From Polyangiaceae bacterium (GTDB lineage Bacteria; Desulfobacterota; Binatia; UTPRO1), in NCBI GenBank assembly GCA_031400185.1, contig JANNPN010000255.1, positions 1,426 through 65,425 of the forward strand: DNA of 64,000 nt, written 5' to 3'. The position numbers were made by a program, and so were the translations under genes. Shown here one piece after another: positions 1-9,541 of this stretch. Each line of letters begins with the position of its first letter. Position 1 is the stretch's first letter. The notes under the pieces were generated by a model. The model searched no databases. It saw nothing but the letters and a program-made list of their open reading frames with translations, and was not told the origin of the DNA.

Positions 1-182
1 GCGCGCGCGAGCGCGCCGTCCGTGCAATCGATCGCGAACGCGACGGCGAGCCAACGAAAGACGTCCGGGAAACGTTGATCCGCTGCCGCGGCGAGCGCGA
101 CGAACGCGACGACGGCGCCGCTCGCGGTGTAGGCGTGCACGCCCCAGGCGGCCGCGCGCCGCAGTACCGGGAACGAGTCCAC
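1..182 (-). CDS. CDP-alcohol phosphatidyltransferase family protein, N-terminal fragment (continues beyond window start)
   Basis: Reverse-strand translation from a GTG about 24 nt downstream of the histidine kinase stop reads VDSFPVLRRAAAWGVHAYTASGAVVAFVALAAAADQRFPDVFRWLAVAFAIDCTDGALAR. The D-x2-DG-x2-AR motif of CDP-OH phosphotransferases is present. Hydrophobic membrane character. Start coordinate uncertain by 1-2 nt. Confidence 0.45.
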   Translation of the reverse strand, partial: MDSFPVLRRAAAWGVHAYTASGAVVAFVALAAAADQRFPDVFRWLAVAFAIDCTDGALAR

Positions 183-205
183 CGGCGGGCTCTTGCCGAC
201 GTCGT

Positions 206-2737
206 TCACGCGACCGACGTCATGCGGCCGCCGCCTTCGCCGCGCTCGGTGTCGACCGATCCGTATATAGGAATGGTGAGCGTGATCCGCATGCCGGCGT
301 TCGGCCGGGAGCGGAACTCGATGTGCCCGCGGTAGTACGCGACCCGCTCGCGCATGCCGAGGAGGCCGACGCCGCCCACCGCCGGCGTCCGACGGAACCG
401 CTCGATGTCGAAGCCGACCCCGTCGTCGGCGACCGTCAGCGCCGCCTCGGCGTCGCGGACCTCGAGCACGACCTCGACACGGGACGCACGCGCGTGTTTC
501 ACCACGTTGGTGAGCGCCTCCTGCGTGACGCGGTAGAGCAGCACCTCGATCGCGGGAGGAAGCCGCGTCTCCACCGCCGGCGTACGCAGGTCGACGACGA
601 TGCGCGTCCGGGCGGTGAACTTCTCGGCGAGCCACTGCAAGGTGGGGATCAGCCCGAAGTCGTCGAGCATCGACGGGCGCAGCAGCTGCGACATGGTGCG
701 CACCTCCTGCAGGAGCTCCGTCACCTGCTCGCGCGCCTCTCGGACGCGCGCCTGGAGGTCCTGCGGGTTCGTGGTTGTCGACCGCTCGATCATGCCGAGG
801 TCCATCTTGATCGCGGTCAGCACCTGTCCGACACCGTCGTGCAGCTCGCGCGAGAGGCTGCGCAGGCTCTCCTCCTGGAGCTGGACGCGCACCTGCGAGA
901 GCTTCCGGAGCTCGATCTCGTGGCGGCGCGCGGTCTCGAAGAGGCCCGCATTCGCGAGCGCGGCCGCGGCCTGGCTCGCGAGCGCGCCGGCGAGCTCGAG
1001 ATTGGGCGGCCGGCCTTCGCGGTCGAGACTCGCGAGCACGAGGCCGAGGTATTCGTCCTTGAATACGAGCGGCAGGCACAGCACGTCGGGCCCGGCGAGA
1101 ACGCGCGCGATCGAGTCGGGCAACGTCGATTCGACCGCGGCGCGCGTCGTGACCGACGCGACGTGCGGCGCGGGGCAGAGGGCGGCCAGGTCCACCGACT
1201 CGCCGAGCTCGAGCCGTGCGCCATCCGAACCCCCCGCCGTCGTGTACGCGTCGACCGCGCGCTCGAGATCGGGCGGGTGCCACAGCAACACCAGCCGCTG
1301 GAGATCGAGCGCCGCCATGATCTTCTCGACGACGAGCTTCAGCACGGCGTCGAGCTCGAGCGTCGACGTCGTCGTTCGGGTCACGTCGTACAGCGTCGCG
1401 ATGTTGCGCGTCGCCTCGGCGATCCGGCGCTCGAGGTCGGCGCTGTAGCGTTCGAGCTCGCCACGCGCCTGCTCGAGGCGGGCGGTCATTCGATTGAACG
1501 CGTTCGCGAGCTCGCCGACCTCGTCGTTCGTCCGCACAGGGACGGTTTGCCATGTGCCTGCTGGCGCGCGCGCGATGTCGCTCGCCATCTGGGTCACGAT
1601 CTCGATGGGTCGGGTGATGCGGTGCGAGAAGAGATATCCCTGGAGGAGCGTCAGCAAGAGGGCCATCACGAAGATGAACGCCCCGTGTTGCAGCATCGCC
1701 TCGAGCTCCCCAGCGAAGTCCGCGCGTTGCACGACCGCGACCATGCGAAGCGGCGCGTCCTCGAGCGCGGCGAATGCGAGGATGCGCGGCTCGTAGACGC
1801 GGTCGACGAGGTGTCCCGCGTCGGTGCCGAGGATCTGTGCGTCGATGGCCGGACGGAAGCCCTCGTCGGCGAGCCGGGCGTGCGGGCTCGATCCCCCGAC
1901 GATCGTGCCGTCGTCGCTCAACAGGAACGTGTAGCCGCTCGGGCCGAGCTCCATGTGGCTCTGTCGCGCCTTCCACCACTGTGGGTCCTTCGCGCGCTCG
2001 ACCCCATGCTCACCGAGCTCCGCGGCGAGATGGTGCGCCTCGGAGAGCACGCGGCGTCCCACCTCTGCCTCGAGGATGCGCTCGCCGCGGCTGTAGAAGA
2101 CGGTGCCGAGCATGAGCAGCACGGTCACCGTCATGACGAATGAGCAGGCGAACACCTTGGCCGACAGCGGGACGCGGCGGCCGGTCGACGGCGCCGACGC
2201 GTCGGCGAATGCGAGGTGGCGGAGCAGCGGCGCGAGACGCCACTCGAGGTAGAGATACGCGAAGAGCGCGCCGACGAGTCCGGTCACGAGGCCGAGCAGG
2301 CAGACCTTGACGGCCTCGGCGACCGGCAGCTCCGCGAACCACCGGATCTGGAGCGCGCCGAGGCCGTACCCGATGAGCGAGCTGATCAGCAGCACGACGG
2401 CGACGCGCAGGGGATAGTCGAGGATCTTCCGCTCGAGTGCCATGATGGCGCCCGGCACCTCGGGCGGCGACACGTGCTCGAGCGCGGTCCAGCGCCGTTC
2501 GATCTGCCGCCAGAGCATCTGGGGGATCAGCACCAATCCGACGAGCCCGAACGCGGGCACCTCCCAGAGGTAACAGACGAGCGTCCACGACCGCTGCTCG
2601 GCGTCGAGGAGCCACGCGAAGAGCGAGTACGGGAGCCCGATGCCCCACCACGTCGCCATGGCGAGGAGCGCGACCACGACGATCGGCCGGCGATAGTCCC
2701 GCGGGTGGACGCGCGACAGGGGCGGCGGCTCGATCAT
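206..2737 (-). CDS. Sensor histidine kinase with HAMP, GAF, HisKA_3 and HATPase_c domains (NarX/LiaS-like)
   Basis: 843-aa ORF. N-terminal transmembrane segments, a HAMP-like linker and a GAF-like region. The H-box ELHDGVGQ is typical of the HisKA_3 family. C-terminal HATPase_c motifs (VVKHARA..., DDGVGFD, GGVGLLGMRERV). Confidence 0.85.
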   Translation of the reverse strand: MIEPPPLSRVHPRDYRRPIVVVALLAMATWWGIGLPYSLFAWLLDAEQRSWTLVCYLWEVPAFGLVGLVLIPQMLWRQIERRWTALEHVSPPEVPGAIMALERKILDYPLRVAVVLLISSLIGYGLGALQIRWFAELPVAEAVKVCLLGLVTGLVGALFAYLYLEWRLAPLLRHLAFADASAPSTGRRVPLSAKVFACSFVMTVTVLLMLGTVFYSRGERILEAEVGRRVLSEAHHLAAELGEHGVERAKDPQWWKARQSHMELGPSGYTFLLSDDGTIVGGSSPHARLADEGFRPAIDAQILGTDAGHLVDRVYEPRILAFAALEDAPLRMVAVVQRADFAGELEAMLQHGAFIFVMALLLTLLQGYLFSHRITRPIEIVTQMASDIARAPAGTWQTVPVRTNDEVGELANAFNRMTARLEQARGELERYSADLERRIAEATRNIATLYDVTRTTTSTLELDAVLKLVVEKIMAALDLQRLVLLWHPPDLERAVDAYTTAGGSDGARLELGESVDLAALCPAPHVASVTTRAAVESTLPDSIARVLAGPDVLCLPLVFKDEYLGLVLASLDREGRPPNLELAGALASQAAAALANAGLFETARRHEIELRKLSQVRVQLQEESLRSLSRELHDGVGQVLTAIKMDLGMIERSTTTNPQDLQARVREAREQVTELLQEVRTMSQLLRPSMLDDFGLIPTLQWLAEKFTARTRIVVDLRTPAVETRLPPAIEVLLYRVTQEALTNVVKHARASRVEVVLEVRDAEAALTVADDGVGFDIERFRRTPAVGGVGLLGMRERVAYYRGHIEFRSRPNAGMRITLTIPIYGSVDTERGEGGGRMTSVA

Positions 2738-2752
2738 GCTGGCCGCATCGTC

Positions 2753-3964
2753 TCAGCCATTGCGCTCGACGATCATGGCAATGGCTTCGCCGCCGCCGAG
2801 GCAGAGGGTTGCGAGCCCGTACCGTCCGCGGCGTTCGTCGAGGGCGGCGAGGAGCGTCGTGAGGACGCGCGCGCCGCTGGCGCCGATGGGATGTCCGAGG
2901 GCGATCGCGCCGCCCCGGACGTTCACCGTGTCCGGGTCGAGGTCGAGCGCGCGAATCGCTGCGAGCGCCACCACCGCAAACGCCTCGTTGATCTCGAAGA
3001 GGTCGACGTCGTGGAGCTGCATACCGGCCTTCGCCACCACTTTGGCGATGGCGTCGATCGGCGCGATCGGGAACTCGGCTGGGGCGCGGCCCGCGACGGC
3101 CATCGCGACGATCCGCGCCCGCGGCGTGACGCCGTGTCGCGCTACGATGGCGTCGCTCGCGACGATGAGCGCGGCCGCGCCGTCGGCGAGCGTCGACGCG
3201 TTCGCCGCGGTGATGGTGCCGTCCTTCGCGAAGCTCGGCCGAAGCGCCGGGACGCGCTCGAAGTCGACGCGGCTCGGCTCCTCGTCTCTGTCGACGGTGA
3301 CGGTGCCGCGGCGACCGGGCACCTCGACGGCGACGATCTCGCTCGCGAACGCGCCGCGCGCGGTGGAAGTCTGCGCCCGGCGGTAGCTCTCGATCGCATA
3401 GGCATCCTGCGCCGCGCGGTCGATGCGGCGGTCGCGGGCGCAGCCTTCGGCCGCGCTCCCCATGTGGAAGTCGTTGTACGGATCCCAGAGGCCGTCGACG
3501 ATCATCGCGTCGACCAGGATACCGTTGCCCATCCGATGACCCTCGCGGGCACGCGGCAGGAGGTAGGGCGCGCGCGTCATGCTCTCCATCCCGCCCGCGG
3601 CGACGAGGTCGGCGTCGCCGAGCCGGATCGCCTGGCCGGCGAGCGCCACTGCCATGAGCCCCGAGCCGCACACTTTGTTGATGGTCAGCGCGCCGTGCGT
3701 TCGTCGGATACCGGCGCCGAGCCCGGCCTGGCGCGCGGGTGCCTGCCCGAGGCCGGCGGCGACCACGTTCCCCATGATCACCTGCTCGACCTCGTCGGCC
3801 GGGACGCCGGCGCGTGCGATCGCGGCGCGGAGCGCGTGGCTCCCGAGCTCCGGCGCCGTCACGCCCGCGAGCGACCCGAGGAACCCTCCGATCGGGGTGC
3901 GGGCCGCGCTCAGGAGATAGGCATCACGCATTCGATGCTCGGAAACAGGCGCGAATTCTTGCAA
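2753..3964 (-). CDS. Acetyl-CoA C-acetyltransferase (thiolase II)
   Basis: Thiolase signatures LLSAARTPIGGF, NKVCGSGL, GGMESM and the C-terminal GLATLCLGGGEAIAMIVE. The true start is probably the internal Met at 3931 (MRDAYLL...). Confidence 0.9.
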   Translation of the reverse strand: MQEFAPVSEHRMRDAYLLSAARTPIGGFLGSLAGVTAPELGSHALRAAIARAGVPADEVEQVIMGNVVAAGLGQAPARQAGLGAGIRRTHGALTINKVCGSGLMAVALAGQAIRLGDADLVAAGGMESMTRAPYLLPRAREGHRMGNGILVDAMIVDGLWDPYNDFHMGSAAEGCARDRRIDRAAQDAYAIESYRRAQTSTARGAFASEIVAVEVPGRRGTVTVDRDEEPSRVDFERVPALRPSFAKDGTITAANASTLADGAAALIVASDAIVARHGVTPRARIVAMAVAGRAPAEFPIAPIDAIAKVVAKAGMQLHDVDLFEINEAFAVVALAAIRALDLDPDTVNVRGGAIALGHPIGASGARVLTTLLAALDERRGRYGLATLCLGGGEAIAMIVERNG

Positions 3965-4000
3965 TTTCGGTTGCCGCCAGCAACCGGATAGTTCGCCGGG

Positions 4001-5176
4001 TCAGCGCTTGGTCGGAGTGCGCGGGATCAGGAGATAGAGCTCGCCGGGCGAGCGCAGGCGGCCCGCGACCGCCGCAGCGTCGGGTGCGTCGCCGAAGTAG
4101 ACGTCGACGCGCCCCGGGCCGCGGATGGCCGCGCCGGCGTCCTGGTTCAGCACGAAGCGCGCGAGCCCGGCGCTCGGCCCCGACGCGGGGATGTCGACGA
4201 ACGCGAGCGCGCCCGGGGGAAACACCGCCGGGTCGGTCGCGATCGTGCGCCCGGTGGTGACCGGGACGCCGAGACTCCCGACGGGCGGACCGTCGAGCTC
4301 GCGAAAGAACACGAACCGCGGGTTCGACTGGAGAAGCCGCGCCTCTTCGCCCGGGTGGGTCGCGATCCAATGCCGGATGCCGTTCATCGACGCCTGGTCG
4401 AGCGTCAGCTCGCCGCGTTCGACGAGGACGCGTCCGATGCTCGCGTACGGGCGCCCGTTCGAGGCAGCGAAGCCGATCGTGCGGCGCCGGCCGTCGGGGA
4501 ACGTCAACACACCCGAGCCCTGGACTTGCAGGAAGAAGAGGCCGACTGCGTCCTCCACCCATGCGACCACGGGTGCGCCGCGTGCGGCTCCACCGTCGAT
4601 CTCGGCGCGCGTGAAGTACGGCGCGAGCGCTCCGCTGACCACGCGTCCCGCAAGCTGCTCGCGACACGCGCACGGCGCACCGAAGTCGCCGAGCGACGCC
4701 GTGACGAGATCCGGCGGTCGACCGAGCACGGGAATCCGGAACCGGGCATCGCGCTTCGAGCTCGCGGCGAGCGTCGGCAGGTAGTACCCCGTGAAGAGCA
4801 CGCCGCCGGGCGGCGTTGCGCGATAGGGCTCGAAACGGCGTCCGATCTCGGCGGCGAGCGCCTCCGGCGTCGGGCGCGTTGCGAGGAAGGCGGCGAGCTC
4901 CCCCATGGCGGCCCGCATCTCGCCCGCCGTGCGCGTGACCGCGCCGAGGCCGACGGCGCGATCCGGAGGCAAGCGCGTGTAGTAGCGGATGCTCTCGCCG
5001 ACCGCCGCCGCGAGCGCGCTCCGGTCTCCGTCGTCCGCCAGCTGCGGGATCGTGGCAACCCGGCGGAGCGCCTCCCCTGGGGCCCGGACGACCGGCGTGC
5101 ACGACGCGGCGGCGAGCGCCAGCAAACCGAACAGGGGCAGGGCGGAGTTCCGCGTTGACACCGAGAAAAGATCCAT
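4001..5176 (-). CDS. mltA: Membrane-bound lytic murein transglycosylase A (MltA family lipoprotein)
   Basis: MltA and 3D domain-like sequence. The start was set at the internal Met of MDLFSVSTRNSALPLFGLLALAAASC (lipobox LAAASC). The track ORF extends further upstream without support. Confidence 0.75.
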   Translation of the reverse strand: MDLFSVSTRNSALPLFGLLALAAASCTPVVRAPGEALRRVATIPQLADDGDRSALAAAVGESIRYYTRLPPDRAVGLGAVTRTAGEMRAAMGELAAFLATRPTPEALAAEIGRRFEPYRATPPGGVLFTGYYLPTLAASSKRDARFRIPVLGRPPDLVTASLGDFGAPCACREQLAGRVVSGALAPYFTRAEIDGGAARGAPVVAWVEDAVGLFFLQVQGSGVLTFPDGRRRTIGFAASNGRPYASIGRVLVERGELTLDQASMNGIRHWIATHPGEEARLLQSNPRFVFFRELDGPPVGSLGVPVTTGRTIATDPAVFPPGALAFVDIPASGPSAGLARFVLNQDAGAAIRGPGRVDVYFGDAPDAAAVAGRLRSPGELYLLIPRTPTKR

Positions 5177-5249
5177 ATCAAGTAGCGCGCGGTTGCACGC
5201 TGCCACAGGGACCACGGGCGTGCAGGGTGGGTGACGAGAGGAGGGGATC

Positions 5250-5432
5250 ATGAGTCCCGGCGTTCGGAGTTTCATGCTCGGCTTCGTCGCGGGCATCGTG
5301 GCGTGCATGAGCTTCATCACGTTCTACGGCGACCGCGGCGGCGACTGGCTCATCGAGATGGGCCGCAAGATGAAGACGGTCGCGCAAGGCGACGCCGCGC
5401 GCTACGAGACCCGGCACGTCCAGACGTACTGA
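5250..5432 (+). CDS. Small (60 aa) hypothetical membrane protein
   Basis: Strong Shine-Dalgarno GAGAGGAGGGG 6 nt upstream of the ATG. High GC3 coding-like codon usage. One predicted TM helix (FMLGFVAGIVACMSFITFY). Isolated on the plus strand between two minus-strand genes. Confidence 0.45.
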   Translation: MSPGVRSFMLGFVAGIVACMSFITFYGDRGGDWLIEMGRKMKTVAQGDAARYETRHVQTY

Positions 5433-5515
5433 GCCTCGCCGCGCGCGCTCCGCGTGACCAGAGCGCGGCGCAAGCGCCGCGCAACTGGACGCGACGGGCG
5501 TTCCGCCCAACCCAG

Positions 5516-6727
5516 CTACGAAGCGACGCGCGTTCCGCTCGTCGATGCGTACACCCGCGCGGCGGCGTCGGACGCGGCTTTCGGGTCGCACGCGAAGCCG
5601 TGCTTGGGCAGTAGCCGGCCGAGCGCTCCCAGCACGCGCATGACGTTCGCTTCCGCGCTCGACTCGCCCATCAACCCGATCCGCCACGTCTGCCCCTTCA
5701 TCGGTCCGAGCCCACCCCCGATCTCGATCCGGTCCTCGTCGAGGAGCGCCTTCCGGACCGCCACGTCGTCGACGCCGGCCGGGATGCGCACGCTGTTCAG
5801 CATCCACAGCCGACGGCCGGGTGCCACCGCCATCGAAAGCCCGAGCGCCTCGAGCCCCGCGACCAGCGCCTCGTGGTTGACGCGATGCCGCGCGAACCGC
5901 GCCTCCGGGCCTTCTTCCAGCACGACGCGCAGCGCCTCGTAGAGCGCGTAGTTCATGCTGATCGGAGCGGTGTGGTGATACACGCGCTCCTCGCCCCAGT
6001 ACTTCTCGAGCATCGTGAGGTCGAGATACCAGCTCTGCACTTTGTGAGTGCGCGCGCGCAGACGCTCGACCGCGCGTGGGCCGAAAGTGACCGGTGAGAG
6101 GCCGGGGGGGCAGCTGAGACACTTCTGGGTTCCCGAGTAGGCGGCGTCGACGCCGACGCGATCGATCTCGACCGGGCAGCCCGCGAGCGAGGTCACGCAG
6201 TCGATGACGAAGAGCGCACCGTGCTCGTGCGCGAGCCGGCTCGCGTCTTCCAGCGGTTGCCAGACGCCGGTCGACGTCTCGGCGTGGACGAGCACCAGCA
6301 AGCGAGGCTTCTTCGCGCGGCCGAGCGCCGCCGCGATGGTCTCGGTCGGCACGATCTCACCCCACGGCGCCTCGGCCTTGATGACGGTCGCGCCCGCGCG
6401 CTCCGCGACGTCGGTGAGGCGCGTGCCGAAGACGCCGTTCACCCCGATCACGACCTCGTCCCCCGGCTCGACGAGATTCACGATCGTCGCCTCGAGCCCC
6501 GCGCTGCCGGTACCCGAGATCGGGATCGTGAGCGGGTTCGCGGTGCCGAAGACGAGGCGCAGCATGCGCTTGGTCTCCTCCATCAACGCGACGAAGGCTG
6601 GATCGAGGTGCCCGACCAGCGGCAGGCCGAGGGCCGCCAGCACCCGTGGATGCACCTGGCTTGGACCCGGGCCGAGGAGCAGGCGCTCGGGTGGCGGAAA
6701 GACGTTCGACGGGGGGATGACGGACAT
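5516..6727 (-). CDS. Class V aminotransferase (serine-glyoxylate/alanine-glyoxylate/serine-pyruvate aminotransferase family)
   Basis: 403 aa. The PLP-lysine context [15 protein letters not shown] and overall AGXT-like sequence. Divergent from glcDEF, consistent with glyoxylate metabolism. Confidence 0.85.
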   Translation of the reverse strand: MSVIPPSNVFPPPERLLLGPGPSQVHPRVLAALGLPLVGHLDPAFVALMEETKRMLRLVFGTANPLTIPISGTGSAGLEATIVNLVEPGDEVVIGVNGVFGTRLTDVAERAGATVIKAEAPWGEIVPTETIAAALGRAKKPRLLVLVHAETSTGVWQPLEDASRLAHEHGALFVIDCVTSLAGCPVEIDRVGVDAAYSGTQKCLSCPPGLSPVTFGPRAVERLRARTHKVQSWYLDLTMLEKYWGEERVYHHTAPISMNYALYEALRVVLEEGPEARFARHRVNHEALVAGLEALGLSMAVAPGRRLWMLNSVRIPAGVDDVAVRKALLDEDRIEIGGGLGPMKGQTWRIGLMGESSAEANVMRVLGALGRLLPKHGFACDPKAASDAAARVYASTSGTRVAS

Positions 6728-6809
6728 GTCGGCCTCGCAGACTTCGGAATTGCGTGGTGCGACGCCGGACGGCGGGCACGCTCGGAGCTTATTGTGGTAT
6801 CGTCTCGCG

Positions 6810-8252
6810 GTGTCAACGTCGATCGCGTTGCCGGCCGCGCTGGCCGCGGAGCTCGCCGCGATCGTCGGCCCGGAAGGCGTCGTCGCGGCGGCTGCGGCGC
6901 GGGCGGTCTACGAGTGCGACGGCTACACGCTGGAGCGCGCCGTGCCGGAGCTGGTCGTCCTGCCGGCCACGACGGACGAAGTCGCACGGGTGCTGCGGGC
7001 CGCGTTTCGGGCCGGCGTGCCGTTCGTGCCGCGCGGGGCGGGTACCGGGCTCTCGGGGGGATGTCTCGCGGCGCCGGCGCCGCTCGTCGTGGGCACGAGC
7101 CGCATGCGGAAGATCCGCGCTCTCGATCTCTCGAACCGCCGCGTGATCGCGGAAGCCGGCGTCGTGAACTCCGAGGTCTCTCGCGTCGTCCGGGCGGCGG
7201 GACTCCATTACGCGCCCGACCCTTCGAGTCAGAATGCGTGCACGATCGGTGGCAACGTCGCCGAGAACTCCGGCGGGCCGCACACGCTGAAGTACGGCGT
7301 TACCACCAACCACGTGCTCGCGGTCGAGCTCGTGCTGCCCGACGGTGAGGTCGTCGCGCTCGGGGACGGCATCGACGACGGGCTCGGGTACGATCTGACC
7401 GGCGTCGTTTGCGGCGCGGAAGGCACCATGGGGATCGTCACGGCGGCGACGCTCCGGCTCGTCCCGTTGCCCGCGGCGGTGACGACCATGCTCGCCGTGT
7501 TCGCGACCGTCGCCGAGGCGACCGCGACGGTCTCCGCCATTATCGCCGCCGGCATCGTCCCGGCCGCGCTCGAGATGATGGATCGCACGATCGTCGCCGC
7601 CGTCGAGGCGGCATTTCGGGTCGGCTTTCCGACCGATGCCGGCGCCGTGCTCATCATCGAGATCGACGGCGACGCCGCAGGCCTCGAGGACACCTCCACC
7701 CGCATCGAGTCGCTCTGCGGGGCGCACGGCGCGCGCCAGGTGCGGCGCGCCGCCGACGAGAGCGAGCGCGCGGCGATCTGGAAGGGCCGGAAGCGTGCGT
7801 TCGGCGCGGTCGGGCGCATCGCGCCGAGCTACTGCACGCAGGACGGCGTCGTCCCGCGCACGCGGCTCCCGGAGATCCTCGCCCGCATCGAGGCCGCGGC
7901 CGAGCGCCATCGGCTCACGATCGGCAACGTCTTCCACGCGGGCGACGGCAACATCCATCCGATCGTGCTCTACGACGAGCGCGACGCGGACGAGGCGGCG
8001 CGAGCGCTCGCCGCGGGTCGCGAAATCCTCGCCGCATGTCTCGAGCTCGGCGGCAGCGTCACCGGTGAGCACGGCATCGGGGTCGAGAAGATGGCGGAGC
8101 TCGGCATGTCGTTCGGCGCCGATGACCTGGCGTTGATGCAGCAGGTGCGCGCGGTCTTCGATCCGGACGGCCGCGCCAACCCGGGGAAGATCTTCCCGAC
8201 GCCGGGCGTGTGCGTCGAGCAGCGCGCGCCGCGCCGGCGGGCGGCGCTGTGA
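6810..8252 (+). CDS. glcD: Glycolate oxidase FAD-linked subunit GlcD
   Basis: FAD_binding_4 motifs ([11 protein letters not shown]) and an FAD-oxidase C-terminal domain. The track ORF starts at 6204 but overlaps the aminotransferase. In-frame GTG at 6810 (alternative TTG at 6792) chosen as start. Confidence 0.8.
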   Translation: MSTSIALPAALAAELAAIVGPEGVVAAAAARAVYECDGYTLERAVPELVVLPATTDEVARVLRAAFRAGVPFVPRGAGTGLSGGCLAAPAPLVVGTSRMRKIRALDLSNRRVIAEAGVVNSEVSRVVRAAGLHYAPDPSSQNACTIGGNVAENSGGPHTLKYGVTTNHVLAVELVLPDGEVVALGDGIDDGLGYDLTGVVCGAEGTMGIVTAATLRLVPLPAAVTTMLAVFATVAEATATVSAIIAAGIVPAALEMMDRTIVAAVEAAFRVGFPTDAGAVLIIEIDGDAAGLEDTSTRIESLCGAHGARQVRRAADESERAAIWKGRKRAFGAVGRIAPSYCTQDGVVPRTRLPEILARIEAAAERHRLTIGNVFHAGDGNIHPIVLYDERDADEAARALAAGREILAACLELGGSVTGEHGIGVEKMAELGMSFGADDLALMQQVRAVFDPDGRANPGKIFPTPGVCVEQRAPRRRAAL

Positions 8253-9541
8253 GGGCGCAACCGGAGGTCGACATCGGCCCTGTGCTCGTGCGTCGTCTCG
8301 GTGCGGCGGCGGTGGCCGACGCGGCCTCGTGTCGTGCGTTTTCAATCGGCGGCATGGTGCCGTCGGCGGTCGTCCGGCCGGCCGACGGGGTCGAGCTCGC
8401 GGCCGGCGTCGCCGCGGTCGGCGAGGCGGGGGGTGCGCTCGTGCCGATCGGTCTCGGCGCGCATCGCGCCCTGGGTCATGGGCCGGCGCGCTACGACGTG
8501 GCGCTCGTGACGGACGGTCTCGCCCGCCTTCGCGACTACACCCCGGCCGACATGACGATCACCGTCGAGGCCGGGGTCACCGTGAGCGCCCTCGCCGACG
8601 CGCTCGCGCGCGAAGGGCAATGGCTGCCGATCGAGCCGCCGCACCCGGCGCGGACGACGGTCGGCGGGATGCTCGCCGCCGACCTCGCCGGTACGCTCGC
8701 CGCTTCGCAGGGCCGCGTGCGTGACTACGTGATCGGGATCGGCACCGTCACGGCGGCCGGGACACCGACCCGCGCGGGCGGGCGCGTCGTGAAGAACGTC
8801 GCGGGCTACGATCTCATGAAGCTCTTCATCGGCTCGCTCGGTACGCTCGCCGTGCTGACCGAGGCGACGTTCAAGGTCCGGCCGCTTCCCGAGCAGCAGC
8901 ACGGGCTCGTCTTCCGCGTCCGCGACTTGTCGGCGGCGCTCGCGCTCGGGGCGGAGATCGACGGTGTGCTAGCCGTATGGGCGAGCGGGGCGCTCGGCGA
9001 GCGCGCGAACAAAGCGACGGTGACGGTCCGTCTCGGCGGGGTCGCCGCAGATGTCGCTGCGGCACGGGCGCGGCTGGGCGACCTCGCCGGGCGTCACGGC
9101 GCCGAGATCGCGCTCGACGCCGACGCGTCCGATGCGACCGTCGCTGCCGTATTCGCGTCGGCGCGCGACTTCTCGGCCTCTGCCGAGTGCGACCTCGTGC
9201 TGCGACTTGCGATGCTGCCGTCGCGGCTCGCCGCCGTCGCTCAGGCCGCCGCCGCGCACGTACCGAGCGCCGCCGCGCTCGCCGACCCGCGCCGCGGCGT
9301 GCTGACGCTCGCCGTCGCGAGCGGCGATCCGCAGGAAGCGGTGACCATGATCGCGGCGCTCGCGCAGGTCGCCGACGGGCACGGCGCGCACCTCGTCGTC
9401 GAGCGTCACCCCGACGCGCTCGCGCCGACGATCGCGGTCTGGCACCCGCTGCCGGCGGCGCTGCCGCTCATGCGGCGCATGAAGGCGGCGCTCGACCCCG
9501 CTGGCGTGCTCGCGCCCGGTCGCTTCGTGGGGCGCATCTGA
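8249..9541 (+). CDS. glcE: Glycolate oxidase FAD-binding subunit GlcE
   Basis: GTG start overlaps the glcD stop (GTGA). FAD_binding_4-like N-terminus (VRPADGVELAAGVAAVGEAGGALVPIGLGAH). Confidence 0.8.
   Translation: MRAQPEVDIGPVLVRRLGAAAVADAASCRAFSIGGMVPSAVVRPADGVELAAGVAAVGEAGGALVPIGLGAHRALGHGPARYDVALVTDGLARLRDYTPADMTITVEAGVTVSALADALAREGQWLPIEPPHPARTTVGGMLAADLAGTLAASQGRVRDYVIGIGTVTAAGTPTRAGGRVVKNVAGYDLMKLFIGSLGTLAVLTEATFKVRPLPEQQHGLVFRVRDLSAALALGAEIDGVLAVWASGALGERANKATVTVRLGGVAADVAAARARLGDLAGRHGAEIALDADASDATVAAVFASARDFSASAECDLVLRLAMLPSRLAAVAQAAAAHVPSAAALADPRRGVLTLAVASGDPQEAVTMIAALAQVADGHGAHLVVERHPDALAPTIAVWHPLPAALPLMRRMKAALDPAGVLAPGRFVGRI

Noticed and set aside
181-240. Apparent frameshift at the 3' end of the histidine kinase and in track ORF 75-335
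   Set aside because: Translation shows the displayed line appears to carry one extra C at position 181 and to lack one C at position 240 relative to the ORF-track numbering. This is a formatting offset, not a biological frameshift, so track coordinates were used.
2010-3991. 553-aa minus-strand and 591-aa plus-strand ORFs overlapping the thiolase
   Set aside because: Alternate-frame artefacts. The thiolase frame carries unmistakable family motifs.
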